The notes below the pieces were generated by a model. That model did no database searches, was not told the DNA's origin, and was given only the letters and a program-made list of their open reading frames with translations. From Octopus vulgaris (Eukaryota): a stretch of 64,000 bases of DNA. Positions within the stretch are counted from its first letter, which is position 1. Every line of letters starts with the position of its first letter. Both the position numbers and the translations under genes were made by a program. This document shows positions 29,091 through 42,899 of the stretch, piece after piece. The stretch lies in assembly GCA_951406725.2 (NCBI GenBank), contig OX597835.1, forward strand, positions 16,926,001-16,990,000, in the 5' to 3' direction.

Positions 29091-29177
<87 letters not shown>

Positions 29178-29523
29178 TGTGTGTGTGTGTAGGTTGATCG
29201 CTCAAATGAAGGCTAAGATATGCGTATTGCAATATGCTACGCTTCATTTGTGTCAGAACATTCAGAACGCGTGTAAGCTGAATAAATCGCTGATAATGCA
29301 ATTTCATTCAGTATGTTTGCTTTTAAATATACTCCTTGATTTCTACATCAAATAGAATTGGTGTTATACCTTTAGATTTACAAATTGTAGCTGTCACAAA
29401 ATGTGAACCGCTCTTACGGATTGGTATAATACTAAAAGCACAATTTAGTCAGTCAGGTTCAATTTCCACAGAGCTTTTCGCCTGGATTTATTTAAACCTT
29501 ATCTCATTCACGCACACACACAC

Positions 29524-29584
<61 letters not shown>

Positions 29585-29670
29585 ACACAAACACACAGTC
29601 AAGTGCACCTAGCTTTGCTCGTGGGGCGGTTATCTCCCCTATCAGTGTATATAAATAAATAAATAAATAA

Positions 29671-29719
<49 letters not shown>

Positions 29720-29968
29720 GTGCTTCATGCAGCATTAAATGTTTTAACTCTTATTTCTTGCAAGTGACGATGTTTTCCTTTATGGCTTTATATTACGCCC
29801 AGCCGCTTATATTGATTATGTGTGTGTGCGTATGTGATAGCGCGCGTCTGTGCATGTATATATATATATAAAGTTAATGCAAACAAGAAAACACAAAAAA
29901 AACACAGCAACGCGAGGACGTGGAACAAATAAAGTATTATTGGACGCTCAGGAAAGAAGGGAAGGAGG

Positions 29969-30003
29969 GTTTAACGTTTCGAGCGGAGCTCTTCGTCGGA
30001 AAC
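29969..30003 (-). ncRNA. Minimal type I hammerhead-like motif (Penelope-type) with a core U>C change
   Basis: GUUU-CCGACGA-A-GAGC ucc GCUC-GAAAC-GUU/AAAC. Confidence 0.55.
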
Positions 30004-30073
30004 AAAGGAGAAGGAAAGATCCCGAGAAAGGAAGACAGAGGAAAAAAATTGCTGGCGGTGCTCACGAGGTCAC

Positions 30074-30104
<31 letters not shown>

Positions 30105-30619
30105 TGTTTGTGTGTGTATTCGTATGCGTGTGTGTGTATGTGTGTGCGTTCGGGAATGCGTGTATGTGTCCGAGCGTTGGATCCTAAAGCTCAGCTTTCA
30201 GGAAAATCGCATGTGTAACAAACCGTGAAGAACAAATAAACAGTACAGAGAATTCAAATGCTAACCCCTTTAGAACGGCAACCACTTTAACAGAACCAGA
30301 ATCACCGCCTCACTACATTTAAACAGTCAAAAGAAGTCTGCCCATCTCCCTTCAACAATCACACACCCTGATAAGCTACTAAATTCAGGTCACGACAGAG
30401 GGAATGTTTTTGAAGCCGAGGATTTTAAACTTACGGAGACAATATTTACATATCGCTTGAGAAAGCACGACTAGATCTCATAATGCAGGGAAACAGTTTT
30501 ATAATCAAGCAACTGCACGCATGGAGAACTACGTTGCATCGAAACAATTGTAGTGATACAAAATAAATGTCCAAACATACTCCTTCTTGTTGACTTCAAT
30601 TTTTTCAATTATCTTCAAT

Positions 30620-30665
<46 letters not shown>

Positions 30666-30762
30666 CTTTATTCGTACATCAACAGGGCAAACGATATTTT
30701 CTTATGAAGAGATCTTTTCAATTGTTCAAGTATGCTACATGCAAATTTTGGTACTCATCTCC

Positions 30763-30809
<47 letters not shown>

Positions 30810-31584
30810 GAAAGAGATTGAGAGTAATAGAGAGAGAGAGAGAGGGAGGGAAACAGAGAGGAAGCGAGATCGATATAAAAAAATTGGACAGAAAAAATAC
30901 CACATGGTATTGAACAGAATTATAATCAAAAGGGTTCCAGTCGTGACCATACTGTTTGTTTTGTATATCACCGACTGCATTGCTCAGTGTATCCTTTAGT
31001 CAAAATGGTTACGTGGGTGTATGACCTGAGAAAGTGTTGACATTTTTAGCAGGTCGATCTACCTCATGGATGCAGTATGTTTTCAACGGTTGTCTGTTTG
31101 GTGTAATCGTGATCATTTGATAATGAGGCGACGATACAAATGTTGATGCTTGTGCTCGTATCTATCCGTGGCCGCAGTGGTGTAGTTGGAGTGTGTAGTA
31201 TTAGAAGTAGTACTTGGGTTGTTCGTAACGCCAATTACAGGCTTATACAGCAAACAAATAAAGGTGTCGCATCCACAAAACCGTCTTGCAGGGAGGACCG
31301 TTCCCTTGCTATCCATAGCTACGCTTCCACGTGGGCGATAGACCTAATCCGTCACTCTACTTAAACACCACCACTTGGACTTTGGGTCCCTTGAGTGACG
31401 GAAACTCTGCCGCAAGTGTTGAATCTATGTCTTCGCTGTGAGGATTCTATCCCGTGTCTGTCTATCGGTCACGATTTTCGTAAAAGGGGTTTACCCTGTA
31501 TCATTTCTCTTTGAGTTAAAAAGGAAAAAACAATGAGAGTGTAAAGTAAACACAAAATGTTTATAACTTCATACCCACTACAAG

Positions 31585-32055
31585 AGTCAGTTCCTGTTGT
31601 GGTGTGGAGGCTTGCATGCCTCGATGGCCCTGAGAGCTATGCCAGCGGAGCGCAAGATCCTGACAGTATGTCCCACGCTGGACAGGTCGATCGATAAAGG
31701 CCAGAGGTAAAAATGGGTTTCCACGGCCAACAGCCCTTACCTGGAAAACAAGCAAAATTACAAAATCATCGACTGCAATGCAAAACCAACACGACCCGAG
31801 AAAGGACGGCCTTCTCTTTGGGAAACAAAGATGAGATACTGCGGCAAAGTTGAAAAGGAAGGCATATAACAGGTGAGACAGATAGAGAATATGCAGGTTT
31901 GACAACATCAAAGACTGGACAAGTCACAATACAGCGAACCTGCTACGCATTATAGGGAACAGAGATCAGTAGCAACGGCTGATTATGACAGTGTCTAGGA
32001 TGGCAACCCAACGACTGGCTGCATCAGTTAAGGGATCTTGATGAGGATGCTGATA
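31585..32055 (+). mobile_element. Internally deleted RTE-clade element (5'UTR fused to 3' end)
   Basis: 5' block GCCTCGATGGCCCTGAGAGCTATGCC..GGACAGGTC resembles RTE 5'UTRs (from recall); 3' peptide FDNIKDWTSHNTANLLRIIGNRDQ*, then a TGA-rich tail. Confidence 0.65.
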
Positions 32056-32184
32056 AGTAGGAAGAAGCAGAAAGGTCAGCCCCTTGTCATGAACAGTACG
32101 GAAAAGCCATCGATGGCACTTGCTTCATTAGGAGCGAACGTCGTAAATAAACAGCAAGTTATTCTATCATATAGAAGTACTTAC

Positions 32185-32274
32185 CTCTGAAACTGTTGCT
32201 TTGTACGGCAGATTTCTGAATTCTGGTGCATTGTCGTTGACATCTTGTATATATAATGTAACTGTACGAGTAAC
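32185..32274 (-). CDS. Cadherin exon 5 (EC1-EC2 linker): VTRTVTLYIQDVNDNAPEFRNLPYKATVSE
   Basis: Acceptor ttctatatccgcag|, donor |gtaagt; 90 nt, phase 0-0; canonical DxNDNxPxF calcium-binding linker. Confidence 0.96.
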
Positions 32275-32344
32275 CTGCGGATATAGAATAACAGAATTCA
32301 AATTATTCAACGTTCACCATTGTATGTATGTAAGCATGTACGCA

Positions 32345-32415
<71 letters not shown>

Positions 32416-32709
32416 ATGTATGTATATATATATAATTATATATATGCGTGTATATATAAACACACAAGCATATATATATATATTCATATAATTGCATGTA
32501 CAAATTACATATGAGTGGAGTGTCTGCTTGCGTGTGTTTGTGTATGCTCGTGTTTGTACAGCCAATGTTGTCATTCTCTCAAAATTGTACGCTTTTAAAA
32601 ATCATATAAATTGGAAACCGGTAAAGTGTATCAAATTTAATGTATATCAACTTTCATTTATCTATTACTGTACATTTTTAATAACACAAATTTCTTATAC
32701 ATATATATA

Positions 32710-33095
<386 letters not shown>

Positions 33096-33424
33096 TATGT
33101 ATATGTATACAATGCTGTTAACATTTTAAGAATGTTTACAATAGCTCTATTATGTTGACTACATATGACATTGAAAACTATTGATCTGATGGGGTATGAG
33201 TTCGTTTCCTGCCACGGGGAAAGGAATTTCCTTCTAATTTGACATACAACCTCCCATGCACCACTTTGTACTTTCCTGCATCTAATAGCCAGCGACTGGC
33301 TCATGCAAGCTTCTACAACTAACACCACCACCACCACCACCAAAACCACCACCACAACCACCACCACCGCCACCACCACCAGCATCACAACCACCACCAC
33401 CACCACCACCACCACCACAACAAA

Positions 33425-33472
<48 letters not shown>

Positions 33473-33592
33473 CACTACCACTACGGTATGTTTGTTTTTT
33501 CCAATGCTAATATTGATGTTTCGCGGAGACACGGATCCAAAGCATATACACACACACATATATAACATGCATACACACACATAACAAACACA

Positions 33593-33631
<39 letters not shown>

Positions 33632-33837
33632 TACACACACAACACACACAACACACGGTTTGCACCGGAAGTACTAGAGAGCTATTGATTTCGGAATGGG
33701 ATAAAAATGATAAAAAATTGAGGAAATGTCTAAAGAAATGGTGTGATATTTATTCACACTTAGAACCACGGTCTGTGTGTATCTGTGTGTGTGTGCGTGC
33801 GTGCATGCGTGTGTGTATGTGTGTGTATGTGTGCAGG

Positions 33838-33882
<45 letters not shown>

Positions 33883-33971
33883 ACAGAGTGTATTAATTCT
33901 TTTGTTCTACCCACTTTCGCGTTTTTGCAAACCAAAGTAATGCGTCCATTGTTTCTTAACGCTGCATTATA

Positions 33972-34019
<48 letters not shown>

Positions 34020-34215
34020 CCTCTCTCTATTCCTCCTCTATCCCTCACGCTATGTATATATGTATGTATATATATATGTATTTATATATACACATTATGT
34101 ATATACATATATACACACACACATATATATATGTATATTCATGTATAAATTCATCCAAACATATCTATATGTATATATATATATATATGTATGTATATAT
34201 ATGTATACACACACA

Positions 34216-34269
<54 letters not shown>

Positions 34270-34374
34270 CATCTATTTATATACATATATATACACACAA
34301 GTATGTATATACAAGCGTGTCTATGTGCATATTTAAATCGAAATAGTTAACTCTCTTCTCTCTACATGCATATT

Positions 34375-34420
<46 letters not shown>

Positions 34421-34790
34421 GCACAAGCACTCACACACACTCATACACACACACACTCACACACACACATGTATACAAATATATATGTAATAAATAGATA
34501 TTATGTATATATATGTATTTACATTAATATATATATATATACACATACACCTATACATGTATATATATCTGTATATACAGACACATATATATAAATATAT
34601 ACGCATATATCGTGATATTTGTTTTCTCCATCTGCGTGTCTACAGACACCCAATTGCACACACACAAACACAAACACATACACACACATATCTCGTAATT
34701 AGTGTGGTTAGATGCGTCTATCTTTGTGTTATATAACTTAGTTCACTTTATCCACAGAACTAGAATTATTGAACATTCATATACTTGTGG

Positions 34791-34832
<42 letters not shown>

Positions 34833-34870
34833 ACACACTGACACACATATACACAAACATATATATGTAA

Positions 34871-34932
<62 letters not shown>

Positions 34933-35045
34933 ACATACATACCTTAATTATATATCTTTAAATATACCTGTCTATAGCTAGCAATCTACCTATCTATATC
35001 TGTATATATACATACATATATACACAGATATACACAAAATGCATT

Positions 35046-35107
<62 letters not shown>

Positions 35108-35282
35108 CTTATATAGGTATATTTGTATATATATACATATACTTATAAATGTATATTTGTTTATATATATATATATATATTTATGTGTGTGTGTATACAT
35201 ATATATTTATATATGTAAGCAGAACAAAAGTATAAGTAAAACAGACGAAGCACTATAAAGTCACGGAAACTGTAAGCATATA

Positions 35283-35320
<38 letters not shown>

Positions 35321-35676
35321 CGTGTGTGCTTGTGTGTGTGTTTGTGTGTATGTGTGTTTGTGTGTGTGTGAATGTGTGAGTGTCTATGTGTGGATTTAAG
35401 ACGCATGCGCACCTAAAACTTCGTCAATACTTTTCCGAGTGTAACTAAACATGAAACGCAAGTAGGTTGACATGAATCGGTAACGAATGTAATTCCACGA
35501 GAAATTAATCATTTTCGACGTCTACCATTCTCTCCACAATGGAAGAATGAAATTGATTTTTATTCATTTCTAGATCGATAATAGGAAAGAACGCATCGAT
35601 CTGAACTACAATGATTGCTATAACCATACATGTGTATATCCTTACATACAGACCTACGTACATGGACATGTATATA

Positions 35677-35728
<52 letters not shown>

Positions 35729-35745
35729 TACATATACACACATAT

Positions 35746-35776
<31 letters not shown>

Positions 35777-35892
35777 GTATGTATATAGTTGGGCAAACAC
35801 CTATATGCATGCAAAGATATAGACAAATGTAAGCAAATGCATATATATATGTATGTATATACACCTATATACATGTATATACATATGTGTAT

Positions 35893-35932
<40 letters not shown>

Positions 35933-36459
35933 GTAGCTACATGCACACACACCCGTACGCGTATAACTAAATACACATTCATTTATACATCGATACATGT
36001 ATATATATTATGCATATATACCTCTACGCACATATGCGTATATACATGAGCATATATATATATTGAACATAGGCACAAACGCATATATATATATACGCAC
36101 TTAATACATACCTAGATGCATACAGACATGTACATAGATGTGTGTATATGCACATCCACATATGCATAGATTAATTGATACATACATAAATGCATAGACA
36201 CACAATATATATGTATATATATATATGTATGTACACATTCACATACCGAACTGCACATATGCACATTTATTCATACACATATACACACACACACACATAA
36301 ATATATATATATATATATACCCACACATATAAATCTCAGCATATATAGTAACATACGTATATCCATATATATACCGGTAAATATGCTGTACAAATATTCA
36401 CAACCACACATGTTTATATATATATACAAGTATATGTAAGTATTTATATTTATATATAT

Positions 36460-36499
<40 letters not shown>

Positions 36500-36607
36500 A
36501 TAAGTATGTATGTTGAATTTAAAAGTGAAAGTGAAAGGAAATATAAATAAAAACTATAATAAAGCGCAATGGAAATCTATAGGTGAGCGTTAGCAGTAAG
36601 AACTTAC

Positions 36608-36658
36608 CGAAGTTAGTCCGTCAGATATACGGAAGACTAAGTTACGTTGCTGGGGTGC
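36608..36658 (-). CDS. Cadherin exon 4 (EC1): APQQRNLVFRISDGLTS
   Basis: Acceptor tttgtttcctctag|, donor |gtaagt; 51 nt, phase 0-0; cadherin F-strand xSDG motif. Confidence 0.9.
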
Positions 36659-36901
36659 CTAGAGGAAACAAACAATTGAATGAAAATTTTTGACTGAAAG
36701 TCGATTTAAACAACAGCAACAATAACAACGGCAATAACAAACAAGAAAAAAAAGAAGAATAAGAAACAAGATTAACAGCAACAACAATGGACAGCAGTAA
36801 AAACAATTGAAGAAAAAATGGAAGAGAAGAAAAAAAAAAGAATAAGATTGCAGTAACAGAAAGTGAAAAATACAATTGAATAAAACAATAAGAGATATGT
36901 A

Positions 36902-36928
36902 GATGAAGAAGAAGAAGAAGAAGAAGAA

Positions 36929-36960
<32 letters not shown>

Positions 36961-37087
36961 AGGAGAAGAGGAAGAAGAAGAAGAAGAGGAAGAAGAAGAA
37001 GGAGGAGAAGAAGAAGAAGAAGAAGGAGAAGTAGGAGAAGAAGAAGAAGAAGAAGAAGAAGAAGAAGGAGAAGAAGAAGAAGAAGAA

Positions 37088-37118
<31 letters not shown>

Positions 37119-37253
37119 GAGAAGAAGAAGAAGAAGGAGAAGAAGAAGAAGAAGAAGAAGAAGAAGGAGAAGAAAAAGAAGAAGAAGAAGAAGAAGAAGA
37201 AGAAGAAGAAGAAGAAGAAGAAGAAGAAGAAGGAGAAGAAAAAGAAGAAGAAG

Positions 37254-37285
<32 letters not shown>

Positions 37286-37565
37286 GAAGAAGAAGAAGAA
37301 GAAGAAGAAGAAGAAGAAGAAGAAGAAGAAGAAGAAGAAGAAGAAGAAGAAGAAGAAGAAGAAGAAGGAGAAGAAGAAGAAGAAGGAGAAGAAGAAGAAG
37401 AAGAAGGAGAAGAAGAAGAAGAAGAAGAAGAAGAAAAAGAAGAAGAAGAAGAAGAAAAAGAAGAAGAAGATGAAGCAGAAAAAGAAAAAGTAGAAGAAGA
37501 AGAAGTAGAAGAAGAAGAAGAAGAAGGAGGAGGAGGAGGAGGAGGGAAAGGAGAAGAAGAAGAAG
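36902..37565. repeat. (GAA)n polypurine tract, ~660 bp
   Basis: Read directly; source of the poly-L/S ORFs. Confidence 0.98.
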
Positions 37566-37851
37566 TAAATAACACATGCAATTTCTTTAAAATATATGTC
37601 GGATTGATTTATATTTCGTTTTAAGTATGATTCTAACTTTTATGACACACTTTCTGCAGCTAGTCTTATATGGAATTCGATTTTTTTTTCCTGATTTCCA
37701 GACCGTATTTTAATATCGCCAGAACTTCTTATATGTATGTATGTATGCCCACATGCCTGCATGCCTGCATGCATGTATGCATGTGTGTATGTACCTGTGT
37801 CTTGGATATTCATGTATATATATATATACACAGATACATACATACATGCAT

Positions 37852-37987
<136 letters not shown>

Positions 37988-38823
37988 GTATGTATATTCA
38001 TACACACACACACACACCCATATATATTGGATGTCTTTTTGATAGTTTTTAGATTTTATTAGTTTTTCTCTTTCGATACATTTCATTCAAACTAATATTG
38101 ATAAAATATTTTAACCCGATATCATTATTATTTTTCAATAATCTCGTATTTATTGCATGCTCTCAATGTAACGTTGAGCGCTGCTGACTGCGTCTTGGGA
38201 TGAAGCACTTTTTTCCTTTTCTTCTTGCTAGCGTATATTGTCTTCTGTATTTTCTACTGTAGTCAAAGACATCTATCTAATATTTATGAAACAGCTAGTT
38301 CTGTCACTTTTTGTCGTTAGGTCCTTCCATAGGTAGGATCAACGACTCTTTCCAATGCCACGCTAAACCTTTGCTGTAAATAGCCAGTTCTTTAATCTGC
38401 ACTGGTTCCAACCCGTCCATATATACTAACACAAGTGACCCACTTGCACGCAACAGGAGTTTATTGGCGACTTTGTGGTGAAGCAACTTGGTACCATTGT
38501 CATTGAAATCACTTCTGTCAGAATGCAAAGATCAGGAACTGGTAATGCAAGTGGCACCTCACCTTACTCCTGACGCCTTAATTCCATCGCCTTAATTCCA
38601 TCGCCTTAATTCCATCGCCTTAATTCACTTATTGTTTAGTGTTATATTAGTATCATGCCTGTATTAATTTTGTGATTCTTTGGTGTCTTAGAAGTATTTT
38701 AACTTCTATTTTCAGCAAAAAAGATGCTTATGTAGTACCCTAGTATATATTGATAGAAATGGTAAAACAACAAAAGAATGAAAGAGACCTCAATATTATG
38801 TAAATAGAGGAATTCATCTGTAA

Positions 38824-39338
38824 GTATATGTGACAATATATATTGTCGGTAGCCATGATAAAACTCCGAGTTTCGGCTGTCGGGGCGGAAACCCACGCCA
38901 CCATCTCTTCAGTTATCCGGCCATCGAAAATATGGTATGAAAAATGACCGTTATACAAAGGGAAATTATTGTGTGGTTGACCGTTATTAAGAGAAAAGAG
39001 CTATTTGAATGAACCGCTAAGTGAGGGGAGGGAGTAAAGGTAATCTTGTATAGGCGCATGTACGTTGGTACGCGGGCGCGCCTTTGTAGGTATGGACATG
39101 CGCGCTTACGCGAATACTGTGAACATTTTTACTCCCTTACCTTTACTCCCTCTTAGCGGTCATTCTAATAGCTCTTTTGTCTTAATAACGGTCAATCACA
39201 GTAATTTCCCTTTGTTTAACGGTCATTTTCATGGCATTTTTTCGATGGCCGGATTATTGGATTGATGGTGGCGTTGGTTTCCGCCCCGACATCCGAAACT
39301 CGGAGTTTTATCATGGCTACCGAATAATTGTCACATAT
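38824..39338. mobile_element. Inverted-repeat element (~200-bp diverged arms) carrying hammerhead motifs; probable inverted Penelope-like termini
   Basis: 38824-39043 is the imperfect reverse complement of ~39137-39338. Confidence 0.8.
38851..38922 (-). ncRNA. Type I hammerhead ribozyme motif
   Basis: GGCCG-GAUAA-CUGAAGA-gau-GG..CC-GAAA-CUC g GAG-UU/UUAUC-au-GGCU; stems I, II and III can form. Confidence 0.7.
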
Positions 39339-39344
39339 TATATT

Positions 39345-39401
<57 letters not shown>

Positions 39402-39457
39402 TAATTTTAGGGTACCAAAAAATATTCTAGAAAAATTGTCCGCCACCAGCCTTGGCC

Positions 39458-39541
39458 CCTGCTGAAGATGGCAACGCCAATCGTAAATTAAAATAATTTC
39501 ATTTTATTTACAAAAGATTGCCGAAATATGCATAGTCCAGG
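39458..39541 (+). ncRNA. Type I hammerhead ribozyme motif with palindromic stem III
   Basis: CCUG-CUGAAGA-U-GGCAA..UUGCC-GAAA-UAUGCAUA-GUC/CAGG. Confidence 0.75.
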
Positions 39542-39659
39542 AAAGATAGGGTAAACGTTTTTATTTCTCTTTCAATTTCAGAATTACAACTATTAGTGGT
39601 TTGGAGTTTAACTGCTCTTTCTAGTGAGTCAGATGTCCTATTATGACCATCTCCTTTGT

Positions 39660-39767
<108 letters not shown>

Positions 39768-39774
39768 GCATATA

Positions 39775-40105
39775 TCTGGCTGTCCGTTGGTTACGATGAC
39801 GAGGTCCCCAGTTGATCCGATCAACGGAAAAGCTGATTCGTAAAATTAACGTGCAAGTGGTTGAGTGCTCAACAGATACGCGAACCTTCAAAATAGTTCT
39901 CAGGTAGATTCAGTGTGACAAAGAATGTGACAATGCTGTGGCCGTTTGAATTACAGGTACTGCGCATATTTGCCACCTGAATAAACTGGAGCAAGGTGAA
40001 ATAAATTGTCTTGTCTTGCTCAGTGGAAGTAGACGCGACCGCGTATCGAACTCTCAGCTTTACTATTGTGAGCAGAATAGTCTAACCACCAAGCCACGCG
40101 TCTTC
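39775..40105 (-). mobile_element. Degenerate tRNA SINE: family F head + family C tail
   Basis: Tail matches the 3' part of 61461-61843; the head has the CTCCAGT..TTCAG domain. Confidence 0.7.
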
Positions 40106-40225
40106 ATAGTAAGAGAAAAGACAAAAAGACAGAAGAAAAGAGCAGAGAAACACAGATGCTGAAAAAAAAAACAAAAAAAAGAAGAAAAAAAGATAAAAAA
40201 AAAAGGAAAAGTGAGAATGAATTAC

Positions 40226-40392
40226 CCAGTCTCGATCCAACGGCGCGGCCAACAATATATTTACAGCCCTCCCTGTCTTGCTGGATCCCGTTGGTTTGCT
40301 GAGGTTAACTAATTTGCCGCCACTCTGAACAAAAAACTCTAATTCTCTGGGACCATCTTTATCTCTCGCTGTAATCACGCCGATTTTATCTC
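40226..40392 (-). CDS. Cadherin exon 3 (EC1): (G)DKIGVITARDKDGPRELEFFVQSGGKLVNLSKPTGSSKTGRAVNILLAAPLDRDW
   Basis: Branch-like ctaac, acceptor gttccttgcag|, donor |gtaatt; 167 nt, phase 1-0; AxDxD and LDR[D/E] motifs. Confidence 0.93.
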
Positions 40393-40846
40393 CTGCAAGG
40401 AACAACGACAGAAATGTCAGGTTAGAGGTGATGCAATTAATATGCGAATAATAATAATAATAATAATGATGATAATGATGACGATGACGATGATGATGGG
40501 TAAGAGTTGTTGTTATTTTGATATCCACGGAGGATATGTGTATGTAACACGATCAAATGATATATGTCTTTAGGACTGGCGGACTTTAGGACTTAGAGAA
40601 ATATGCATAATTCTATCAATGAGAGTGGAATATCGAAATAGTGTTGGAATATTAAAAGTTCAGTATCTAAAGCTTTTAGACAGGAATTTCCTGATACCAA
40701 AACTAATTGACTATCAGGAATATAATATGTTTGATATTTTCGTGTTAGATACACAAACACACAAACAAACTAAAAAAACACACACACGTACGCACGCACA
40801 TATACCAACACACAAACATATTCTTCATTCATATTCGTATCATTGT

Positions 40847-40923
<77 letters not shown>

Positions 40924-41201
40924 CATATACATATATATATATATATATATACATATATATATGTGTATATATGTATGTATAGATATGTATGTGTGTATTT
41001 GTATATATAAATATATATTTATGTGTATTTGTATATATATGTATAAAACAGATATGTATCTATATATTTACATATAATTATGAATATAGATTTTGCAGAC
41101 ATATGCATAAACACTCATATGGTTATACACAAATACACTCGCATAGCCGTTATACAGACTTGTGTATATACTTTGGTACACACATGAACTTCGACACCCC
41201 A

Positions 41202-41266
<65 letters not shown>

Positions 41267-41289
41267 CTATTTATTAAAATTTTATGTAT

Positions 41290-41404
<115 letters not shown>

Positions 41405-42096
41405 TATACACGAACACAGCACACACTTGTACCTACACCCGACACATTGAACAACTTTAACAACAAAAAAAAAAACAGAACAAACAAAAAATATCTAAAA
41501 CAAAATAAGCTTTGATTACAAAATATACGATAAAAAAAGTTTGAGAAAAAAAAAAAAAGAGAAACTCCCCAAAAACATTGTTCTAAAAAGTTATTAGAAA
41601 TTTCCTTGACTTGTCTGTGATATGATCCAAAGTTGAATGAAGCATCGAATCTGATAGAAGCCGGATCTTGGAGTGAACACAAGCAGAAATCATTGTTAAT
41701 GGATATGGACCAGTGCTTACGAATCGGCTGGAGAAAACCGCCTGACCTGCAAACCGAAATCTTATTAAATCTGCCATCTTTTTTTATATGTTGATATTTA
41801 ATGTTTATTGTTTTCATTTAGATTGTGTGTGTGTATGTGTGTGTGAGTGTGTGAAGATGTGTGTGTGTGAGTGTGTGTATGCGTGTGTGTGTTTGCTTTC
41901 TTTCCGCGCGTCGTGTCGCTTCTTGCGTATAAAGATGTGTTGTTCATTTATTTGTATTTGAATGCGTGTGTGTTGTGCGTAAGCATATGTATGTGTGCAT
42001 GTATGTTTATTCACACACACATACGCGCGCACACACACAACACACATATAGGCACTCACATATACCAGTTGCTGTATGTTTTTCTATGATTAGTTC

Positions 42097-42158
<62 letters not shown>

Positions 42159-42173
42159 GTATATATATATATG

Positions 42174-42220
<47 letters not shown>

Positions 42221-42899
42221 TTATACTCATATATATACACACACGCACACACACATATATATTTATATATATATATTTATATTACACACATGTATATGTA
42301 TATATATATTTTATATATAGGTATACATATATATATATATATAATATTGATATATTATATAATAATATATATTTATATCGATATATATTATATATATGCA
42401 TATGTGGGTATGTCTTTGTGTATGTATATGGTTATGTGAAAATATATAGAATTATGTGTGTATCCATACAGTCGTATTTATATATAAATATATACATATA
42501 CATACGGTGGTGTTTATGAATAAATATATGTATGTACGTGATGTAATCTATTGAAGGAAAACCGGCTGAATTTTCGGTTAATTGCGCAGTCAGAAATATT
42601 TCATATTTGAATTCTCTTCCAACTCACTGAATTTTGCACCAAAGTGTAATATTTGCTATGGCTGCGATATTTATCTGTGATGTCTCCACTGTTTGTGACG
42701 TATCTAATGTCTGCGATCTCACTACTGTCTGAGATTTACGATGTCATTACTCTTTCTAATGTTTTGCGATGTCTGTGACGTCTCTGCTGCTTCTCATGTT
42801 TGTCACATTTGAGATGACTGCGACCTCTCTACCTTTCGTGAATATCTGATATTTCTACTGTTTGGGAAGTACGCGGTGTCCTTACTGTTTGTTAAATTT

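Noticed and set aside
38304-38625. 74-aa ORF with FNDNGTKLL and a 14-bp tandem repeat
   Set aside because: Possibly a LINE endonuclease relic, but one short motif is insufficient.
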